Below, piece after piece: positions 57,249 to 64,000 of a stretch of DNA of 64,000 nt. A program made the translations under genes and the position numbers. The stretch is taken from contig JBKAGE010000034.1 in the NCBI GenBank assembly GCA_046290225.1, positions 192,001 to 256,000 of the forward strand, given 5' to 3'. The notes beneath the pieces were generated by a model, which was not told the origin of the DNA, did no database searches, and was given only the letters and a program-made list of their open reading frames with translations. Positions within the stretch are counted from its first letter, which is position 1, and every line of letters begins with the position of its first letter. This DNA comes from Bradymonadia bacterium (lineage in GTDB: Bacteria > Myxococcota_A > Bradymonadia > UBA7976 > UBA1532).

Positions 57249-57269
57249 TGCCCGTGGTAGATCAGGACT

Positions 57270-58319
57270 ATGCGAACCATGGCTGATTTCTCCCAGCTCG
57301 CCCTGGTGGCCCTCGTTGCAGCCACCCTTTCTGGTTGCCCAGAGGGCCCGCAGCTCGCCAAGAGCCGATTCGGTGACGATCCACCCCCCTCGGGCAGAGC
57401 GGCGGTGGAGACGGACGACCAGGCATACGACGAAGAAGACGACGAGGAAGACGACGAGACAGAGGTCGAGGACGACACCGCCTCCGACGCGCCCGCGTCG
57501 CCTCTGACGGCGACCCGAAGGCCCACTGCAAGTGATGACATCAAGGCTGACGCTCGGGCCGCCCTCGCCGCCGCCCGTGATCAGCTCAAGCTCGAGCAGC
57601 CCAAGCAGGCCATCGGCCCGCTGCGCCGTGTGATCTCGCTGCTGCCCGACGAGCCCGAAGGTCACCTGCTCCTCGGCCGAGCGTTGCTGATGGTGGACAA
57701 CCCCAAAGATGCGGTGCCTGCCTTTCGCAAGGCCGTCGCCCTCAACCCCACCAATCCCGAAATTCGCTATGGGCTGGCGGTCTCCCTGGCCCGCACTGGC
57801 CAGAGCCGAGAAGCCATGCTGCTCGCCCGGGCCCTCAACAAGGAGCGACCCGACGATGCTCGGGTGGCAGCCCTGCTCTCCGAAGGCGCTCGCAGGGTCG
57901 AGGGGCCCGAAGCCAGAGCAGCCCTCGCTGCAGCACACGCCACCCAGAACACCCCAGAGTCTGCTGCACGCCTTGGGCGAGCGGCAGCCCGCGAGGGTGA
58001 CTTCGCCGCTGCAGCCAACCATCTCGCAGTGGCTGCCAAAGCCCGCCCGGACGATCTCGACCTCCAGCTGCAATACGGCACCGCCCTGGGCAAGAGCGGG
58101 CGGCTCGGCCAGGCGGAGATCGTCCTCGACGCCCTCACCCGGAAAGATCCCACGCAGCAGGCTGGCTGGCGCAACCTCGCTGCGGTGATGGAGCAACAAG
58201 GTGACGCTCAGGGCGCCATCAGAGCCTGGAAGGGCCTCGTCAAGCAGCTCGATGGTGTGGAAAAGGCGAACGTTCAGAACCGCATCTACCAGCTCGAACG
58301 CGAGGGGCTCAAACCCTGA
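57270..58319 (+). CDS. TPR lipoprotein
   Basis: LSGC lipobox; acidic linker; several TPRs. Confidence 0.85.
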   Translation: MRTMADFSQLALVALVAATLSGCPEGPQLAKSRFGDDPPPSGRAAVETDDQAYDEEDDEEDDETEVEDDTASDAPASPLTATRRPTASDDIKADARAALAAARDQLKLEQPKQAIGPLRRVISLLPDEPEGHLLLGRALLMVDNPKDAVPAFRKAVALNPTNPEIRYGLAVSLARTGQSREAMLLARALNKERPDDARVAALLSEGARRVEGPEARAALAAAHATQNTPESAARLGRAAAREGDFAAAANHLAVAAKARPDDLDLQLQYGTALGKSGRLGQAEIVLDALTRKDPTQQAGWRNLAAVMEQQGDAQGAIRAWKGLVKQLDGVEKANVQNRIYQLEREGLKP

Positions 58320-58388
58320 GTGTGGTTCGTTCTGCCTGCCCATGTTAGAGATGAAGGCTCAAGTGCCCGTTGAGGAGCGGCCCTGCTG

Positions 58389-60023
58389 ATGGCCTCGATC
58401 ACCGTTCTCACCCCCGATGGCCGGCGCTCAGAGCGTCCGCTCAGAGCCATGAACACCATCGGGCGTCACCCCGAGCAGTCGATTCAGATCCTGGATCGCG
58501 TGGTCTCCAAAGAGCACGCCCTGATCACCTTTGCCGATGGTCGTTACTGGCTCCAGGACATGGGCAGCCGGAACGGCACCTTCGTCAATGGCGAGCGCAT
58601 CATGGGCCGCACCCGCATGCGCACCGGCGACACGATCACCCTCGGGGGCACTCGACTGGTCTTTCACGACGAGCGGGAGGCCCTGCCTGCTGCTGCCGGA
58701 CAGGTGACCATCCAGCCCGCGCAAGAGACTCAAACGGCGATCCGCTCGCGGCTCCAGGCGGCGAACGAGAGCAGCCGCCGTTTCCTACCCGAGCTCGACA
58801 TCGCCGACAACAAGAGCCTGCGGGACGACTATGAGAAGCTCCGGGTGGCTTTCGAGCTGAACCAGGCGCTGGGCACCGTGGTGGAGCCCGACGTCGTGAT
58901 GGATCGCATCCTCGAAAAAGCCATGGAGATCACCCAGGCTGATCGCGGTGTGTTCCTCGTCATCGACGGTGAAGGCACCCCTCAGCCTCGGGCCGTGCGC
59001 CACCGCGATGGCGCCGACGCGGGCCAGGTGCAGCTGTCGTCCACCATCCTCAACGAGGTGATGACCGAGCATCACGCGGTGTTGTCGAGCGACGCCATGA
59101 TCGACAGCCGGTTTGCCGGCAGCCACAGCATCATCATGCACGGCATCCGCTCCACCATGTGCGTGCCCCTCACCCACGACGAGCAGCTGCTCGGCATGGT
59201 CCACCTCGACAGCAAGGTGGCCACAGGGGTGTTCACCGAGAAAGATCTGCAGCTGCTCACCGCCTTTGCCCATCAAGCGGCGGTGCGCCTCGCCAACGCC
59301 CGGCTGGTGGAGCAGGCCCGACACGAGGCCCTGGTTCGGGAGAGCCTCTCGCGCCTGCTCTCGCCCAACCTCGTGGAGCAGGTGGTGCAAGGCGACGTGG
59401 CCCTCGAGCGAGGCGGACAGCGCCGGCAGGTCACGGTGCTCTTCGCCGACATTCGTGGCTTTACGGCGCTCAGTGAGCGCAAAGCGCCAGAAGAGCTCGT
59501 GTCGATGCTCAACGAGTACTTCGAGATCATGGCTGACCTCGTGTTCCAGCACGAAGGCACCCTCGACAAGTTCATGGGTGACGAGGTCATGGCGGTGTGG
59601 GGTGCGCCCCTTGCCCAGCCCGATCACGTGGCCCGGGCGGTCTTTGCCGCCCTCTCGATGCGCCGGGCCGTAGAAGACTACAACCGATTCCGCACTGCCC
59701 GAAATGAAGAGCCCCTCAAGGTGGGCATCGGCATCAACACCGGCGTCGCCGTGGCGGGCTACATGGGGGCCACCCGCACCCTGTCCTACACGGTGATCGG
59801 CGATACTGTGAACACCGCCTCCCGGCTCTGCGGCCATGCTGGTCCCGGCGACATTCTTGTGAGTCAGCAGGTGGTGGAGGCCATGGGTCGCGCCCTCGAG
59901 TTCGAGCTGCGTGAGCCCGCTCAGCTCAAGGGTAAGTCCCAGCCGGTGCCAGTACACGCGGTGCTCGGCGTCCGGGGTCTGGAGCTCGACGCCACCCGCC
60001 CTGTGAATTCGAAGACGAGCTGA
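58389..60023 (+). CDS. FHA-GAF-class III adenylate cyclase
   Basis: FHA IGR...VSKEHA...GSRNGT; GAF; LFADIRGFT, DKFMGDEVM, GINTG, YTVIGDTVNTASRL. Confidence 0.93.
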   Translation: MASITVLTPDGRRSERPLRAMNTIGRHPEQSIQILDRVVSKEHALITFADGRYWLQDMGSRNGTFVNGERIMGRTRMRTGDTITLGGTRLVFHDEREALPAAAGQVTIQPAQETQTAIRSRLQAANESSRRFLPELDIADNKSLRDDYEKLRVAFELNQALGTVVEPDVVMDRILEKAMEITQADRGVFLVIDGEGTPQPRAVRHRDGADAGQVQLSSTILNEVMTEHHAVLSSDAMIDSRFAGSHSIIMHGIRSTMCVPLTHDEQLLGMVHLDSKVATGVFTEKDLQLLTAFAHQAAVRLANARLVEQARHEALVRESLSRLLSPNLVEQVVQGDVALERGGQRRQVTVLFADIRGFTALSERKAPEELVSMLNEYFEIMADLVFQHEGTLDKFMGDEVMAVWGAPLAQPDHVARAVFAALSMRRAVEDYNRFRTARNEEPLKVGIGINTGVAVAGYMGATRTLSYTVIGDTVNTASRLCGHAGPGDILVSQQVVEAMGRALEFELREPAQLKGKSQPVPVHAVLGVRGLELDATRPVNSKTS

Positions 60024-60077
60024 GGTCGGGCCCGCGCCTTCACGACGCACGGGCCGCAACGCCAGGGCCTGCGCCGC

Positions 60078-63000
60078 TCAGGCGCCTTCGGCCACCACTC
60101 GGTCCACCACCCCTCGATGCAGCGCCACATTCCGCAAAAACGGACGCTCGAAGCCGGTGCCTTTGAGGCACTGGGCCTGCCACAACAGATCACGCCATGC
60201 GGCGCCGAGGGCATCCTCGGCCCCCGCCCCGTCTCCCATGGCCTCGGCCACCAGCAGACGACACCAGCTGACCTCCACCACGAGGCGGCTGAGGGCAGGC
60301 TGACCTGATCGAGCAGACTCGAAGGCATCTTCCATCTGCTTCAGCCGCTGTCGCGCCTCCGGGTGCTGATCGAGGATGAGGTGTCCGCGGACCTGGACCC
60401 CCAGAGCCTCAACCCGCCCCTGGCTGTAGTCGAGCTCCGCAGACTTCTCCAAAGCATCCGCGGCATAGCGCAGCGCCCCGTGGACCAGCTTCTCCCCCCG
60501 GTTGGCCGCCACAAGGGCCAGGCCCAGGGCATTGAGCCCGTCAACATAGAGCGGTTGTCGTTTGCCGGCCCGGGCGAGGTTCTTGAGGCACTGCCCGATG
60601 ACCCGCATGGCCTCGTCGTATCGGCCCTGGTTCACCAGAATCCGGCCTCGGAGGATCGTCGCCTCTGCTTGTTGGGCACGCTCGGTGTCGAAGGTGGCGT
60701 CTCTCAAGAGAGGCTCCACATAGCGCAGGGCCGCTTCGTAGTCGCCGAGGGCGGTGTGCAAATTGCCCGCGGTGACCATCATCCAGGCGATGGTGGCCCG
60801 CTCCTCGGAGTTGCGCACCATCAACCATGCGCGGCGGAACAAACGCACGGCGGCGATGAGGTGCCCCTCGGACCAGCACAGGATGCCCAAATGGAAGGTG
60901 GCCACCCCTTCGCCGTACACATCACCTGCGTCCTGGTGCATGGCGATGGCTTCGTTCAGGGCGTCGAGGGCCTTCTCCGCATCGCCGGCGGCGAGGGCGA
61001 AGGCCCCTCGGGTATGGGCGAGGCGGCTGCGCAGTGACACTGGCAGATCCGCCCCCATGGCCTCCTGCGCCTCTTCGAGCCACTGCAGCGCTCGGGTTTG
61101 ATCACCCTGCTGCCAGAAATCGAGGGCCAGCAGGAGTCGACCCCTCACCCATCCAGGACGCCCTGCGGGCTGGCTGGAGATCACCGACAAGACCAGAGAC
61201 TCCACCTGTGCGTGGCTGCCGGTGAGCAATGCGAAGCGTGCTCGACGACCCGCGAGCTGAAGACGCTCGTCCTCTGTAGCCACCCGAGGTGCCAGGATCT
61301 CAAGCTGATGCAAATCTCGACCCTGAGCCTCTCGGGCCCCAGTGAGACCGTGGATGTGCTCTCGAAGACGCAGAATGCGGAACAACTGTCGATCCTGATC
61401 GGGGGTCGGCAGCCCCTTGAGCAGCCCCGTCGCCTGATGACAGAGCCCCAGGGCTCCGGCGAGATCGTGCACGCGCAGGGCCTGATGCACCCCGTCGATG
61501 AGGCCGCTCACCGCCCGCCCGGGCACACCCGCCAGGGCAAAGTGGCTTGCCGCCAGGGCCGGGTTGGCCTCGTGAAGGGGCAACCGCATATAGACCTCGC
61601 CGGCATCTTCGTGAATTGCCCGACGGCGTTCGGGATGCATCTGACGATAGATCTCGTCCCGGATGAGGGGGTGCGTGATGCGAATGCCATCGCCGCTCTC
61701 CACCAGACCCGAACGCTCCAAAGTGTCGACGGCAGCGGTCATCTCGTGACGGTCGATGCCTCGTCGGGCGATGACCTCTTCGAGGATGCCGGCGCCGAGA
61801 GCGTCCTGCACCACGGTGACCGCCTCGAGCACGGGCGTCGCCGAGGCGTCGAGGGCTTCGAGGCGCCTGGAGACCACGGAGGCCACATCTCGCGCCAGGG
61901 CCTCTTCGGGGATGGGCCCCAAGGTGACCCAGACATCCCCTTCCATCACAAGGTGACCCAGGCTGATGAGATGCCTGACCAGCTCAGCCACCATGAGGGG
62001 AGATCCCACCGCTGCAGACAAAATGCGCAGGCGGTCCTGCTCAGAAAGCCGGTTGGGTTGGAGCAAGCCATCGATTTGAGCTTCGGACTCAGCGGGGTCA
62101 AAGGGCTTGAGCTGGAGTTCCGTGTATCCCCTGGTCTGACGAATCGCCGGGGGCACCCGATATTGTTCACCGTATGTGAGGATGACCAGCATCCGCGTGC
62201 GGGATCTCAAGCCGTCGAGCAGCTGGTTGAGCATCAGCCAGGATGCGGCATCGAGCTCCTCAGCGTCTTCGATCTCCAGGAACAATGGCGCGCCAGTGAG
62301 GGCCACAGCCTGGGCAGCGATGGCCTTGAAGGCGGCGACGAGCCCCTCGCGCAACCTCACCCCGGCGGTCCGAGGATCGGTCCCTTCAAGCATGCGCCGC
62401 GCACCAGAGTCACCGAGGAACGCCTGAATGTCGGTGATGCGATCGAGCAGCGTCTCTCGCCCCAAGCCGTCATCCGCGTCCTCCGCGGCGAACTCCGCCA
62501 GGGACCGCACCCCATGATCGACTTTTTCGCCGAGGGCTTCGTCGCCGAGGCCAATGCCGAAGAACTGCTTGAGCAGCTGTACAAAGGGCCAATGAGGCAG
62601 GCTGAAGAGATGATGCCCCTGAGCCTTCAGATAACAGGGCGGGCGCCCGAGCAGACGCTCCACCCGCTCCGAGAAACTCGCCAGCATTCGAGTGCGCCCT
62701 GACCCCTGAGGTCCGCGCACGCCCACGACCTCGTGGCCCGTGCCTTCTGCCGCCGCTCGAAAACGCTCCCAGAGGGTCTGGAGCGCCTGACTCCGGCCCA
62801 CGAAACGGTGCCCACCGAGGCGGGTGAGCCACCGCGCGATCTCGTGGGGTTGAGGCCGACGACCCCCGGCCACCTGACGCTGCGTGTGCCGCGGGGCCCG
62901 GCGCTGGGTCGGGCGTGTGATCCCCCCACGCTGCACTTGATCCCCGAGCAGGCACAGGGCCTCTCGGATGGCCACCCGCACCGCCCTCAGGGCGTCGATG

Positions 63001-63320
63001 AAGAATTCCTGGTCGGTGAACCGATGTTGCGCCCGGATCGCTACGAGATCTTCCAGGCCGAAGAGCACCCGCACCGCCCGGGAGATCGGCAGCGGCCGAT
63101 CGGGCCAGGGGGCCTGCAGCAATCGAAACGCTGCGTCGAGGTGCGCCCCGTCGCGCCCTCGGGCGAAGACGAGGAAATGTCTGACCGCCTGCACGAGGTT
63201 ATGGGCCAGGACCCCAGGATCTGCCTCGTGAAAATCGGCATCGATTTCTCGGAGCGACGTCACCAGATCGGTGACGAGATCCTGGGCATGCTCCTCGATG
63301 TAGCTCAGCAGCTCTTCCAC
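60078..63320 (-). CDS. AAA_16/STAND-like ATPase with TPR C-terminus and helical (RsbRD_N-like) N-terminus
   Basis: FVGR, GPQGSGRT, LEIEDAEELD, GSPLMV, HPLIRDEIY...RRAIH, LAASHF, TPR-like tail; GAGGAG RBS. Confidence 0.8.
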   Translation of the reverse strand: MEELLSYIEEHAQDLVTDLVTSLREIDADFHEADPGVLAHNLVQAVRHFLVFARGRDGAHLDAAFRLLQAPWPDRPLPISRAVRVLFGLEDLVAIRAQHRFTDQEFFIDALRAVRVAIREALCLLGDQVQRGGITRPTQRRAPRHTQRQVAGGRRPQPHEIARWLTRLGGHRFVGRSQALQTLWERFRAAAEGTGHEVVGVRGPQGSGRTRMLASFSERVERLLGRPPCYLKAQGHHLFSLPHWPFVQLLKQFFGIGLGDEALGEKVDHGVRSLAEFAAEDADDGLGRETLLDRITDIQAFLGDSGARRMLEGTDPRTAGVRLREGLVAAFKAIAAQAVALTGAPLFLEIEDAEELDAASWLMLNQLLDGLRSRTRMLVILTYGEQYRVPPAIRQTRGYTELQLKPFDPAESEAQIDGLLQPNRLSEQDRLRILSAAVGSPLMVAELVRHLISLGHLVMEGDVWVTLGPIPEEALARDVASVVSRRLEALDASATPVLEAVTVVQDALGAGILEEVIARRGIDRHEMTAAVDTLERSGLVESGDGIRITHPLIRDEIYRQMHPERRRAIHEDAGEVYMRLPLHEANPALAASHFALAGVPGRAVSGLIDGVHQALRVHDLAGALGLCHQATGLLKGLPTPDQDRQLFRILRLREHIHGLTGAREAQGRDLHQLEILAPRVATEDERLQLAGRRARFALLTGSHAQVESLVLSVISSQPAGRPGWVRGRLLLALDFWQQGDQTRALQWLEEAQEAMGADLPVSLRSRLAHTRGAFALAAGDAEKALDALNEAIAMHQDAGDVYGEGVATFHLGILCWSEGHLIAAVRLFRRAWLMVRNSEERATIAWMMVTAGNLHTALGDYEAALRYVEPLLRDATFDTERAQQAEATILRGRILVNQGRYDEAMRVIGQCLKNLARAGKRQPLYVDGLNALGLALVAANRGEKLVHGALRYAADALEKSAELDYSQGRVEALGVQVRGHLILDQHPEARQRLKQMEDAFESARSGQPALSRLVVEVSWCRLLVAEAMGDGAGAEDALGAAWRDLLWQAQCLKGTGFERPFLRNVALHRGVVDRVVAEGA

Positions 63321-63474
63321 GCGGTACGGGCTCCTCGAACACGCCCGGCGAGGGACCGCTCGGGCTCACATCGCGGAGCATGGATGGAAACCCAAACGGC
63401 TGCAAGCTCCACAGCAGACTCGAGACGAGATTGCCAGGGTGCGTCTGCCGCCAGCATCCGGTAAAAGTAGAGAC

Positions 63475-64000
63475 ATGCAGCCCACAGTCCTCGTCGTCGA
63501 TGACGACACTTCGAATCTCGCCAGCCTCGTCAAGATCTTCGAACGCAAGGGATGGCGGGTCCGACCCGCCACCAACGGCAGAGAAGCCCTCGACGCCCTC
63601 AGGAGCACCCCCGTCGCCGTGGTGCTCACCGATCTCATGATGCCCGACATCAGCGGGGTCGACCTGGTCAAGCACGTCAAAGATCTCACCCCGGACATCG
63701 AGGTGATCATGATGACGGCCTACGGCACCATCGAGCGCGCCGTGGAGGCCATGCGGGCGGGGGCCTACGACTTCGTCACCAAGCCGTTTCGTCGCGCGGA
63801 GATCGAGCAGGTGGTGAGCCGGGCCCTCGAAAAGCAGGCCCTCATCGCCGAGAACCGCGCCCTGAAGGCCCAGCTCGCCCGCGTCGAACGGGCCCGGAGC
63901 ACCTGGGGCATCGTGGGCAACGCCCCAGCCCTCAGACGCGTGATGGAGGTGGTGAAGCAAGCCGCGCCCAGCTCGGCCACGGTGCTCCTCATGGGCGAGA
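63475..64000 (+). CDS. NtrC-family sigma54-dependent response regulator (partial, runs off right edge)
   Basis: Not in ORF track. MQPTVLVVDDD...LTDLMMPDISG...MTAYGTIERAVEAMRAGAYDFVTKPF...IVG...ATVLLMGE. Confidence 0.92.
   Translation, partial: MQPTVLVVDDDTSNLASLVKIFERKGWRVRPATNGREALDALRSTPVAVVLTDLMMPDISGVDLVKHVKDLTPDIEVIMMTAYGTIERAVEAMRAGAYDFVTKPFRRAEIEQVVSRALEKQALIAENRALKAQLARVERARSTWGIVGNAPALRRVMEVVKQAAPSSATVLLMGE

Noticed and set aside
60025..60075. GC hairpin between convergent genes (a similar one follows eno near 32466-32490)
   Set aside because: Short imperfect stems without U-tracts; not enough to call terminators.

Overview
GC-rich, gene-dense bacterial chromosome segment. The gene content points to a myxobacterium-like deltaproteobacterium (Myxococcota/Bradymonadia-type; inference from PEGA, Kelch and PPC lipoproteins, FHA-GAF-cyclase, NtrC regulator, DUF6178). 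Housekeeping genes: rluD-type synthase, an in-frame rsmD-coaD fusion, fadN-like/thiolase beta-oxidation pair, eno, trmI. Also present: two sensor kinases, a 4-gene ABC exporter, many lipoproteins, and a ~4,790-aa DUF11-repeat/OmpA-like/beta-barrel surface protein. Two real genes are missing from the ORF track because they run off the window: a TPR/Slt-like gene (<1-1197, -) and a sigma54-type response regulator (63475->64000, +). Most unusual features: (i) a ~410-bp branched palindrome of CTGTAGCGGACG units between two convergent stop codons (9791-10202); (ii) a ~340-bp inverted-repeat element with (GGGCAC)n arms (35523-35860); (iii) a low-GC HNH-like cassette with its own near-consensus promoter; (iv) mirror-symmetric G/T versus C/A skew flanking (ii) and (iii); (v) an orphan DUF4157/eCIS-like gene trio; (vi) a promoter, ~340-nt hairpin-rich leader and 64-aa ORF. 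I saw no tRNA, rRNA, CRISPR array, transposase or integrase. Family calls come from motif recognition by eye, not database searches.
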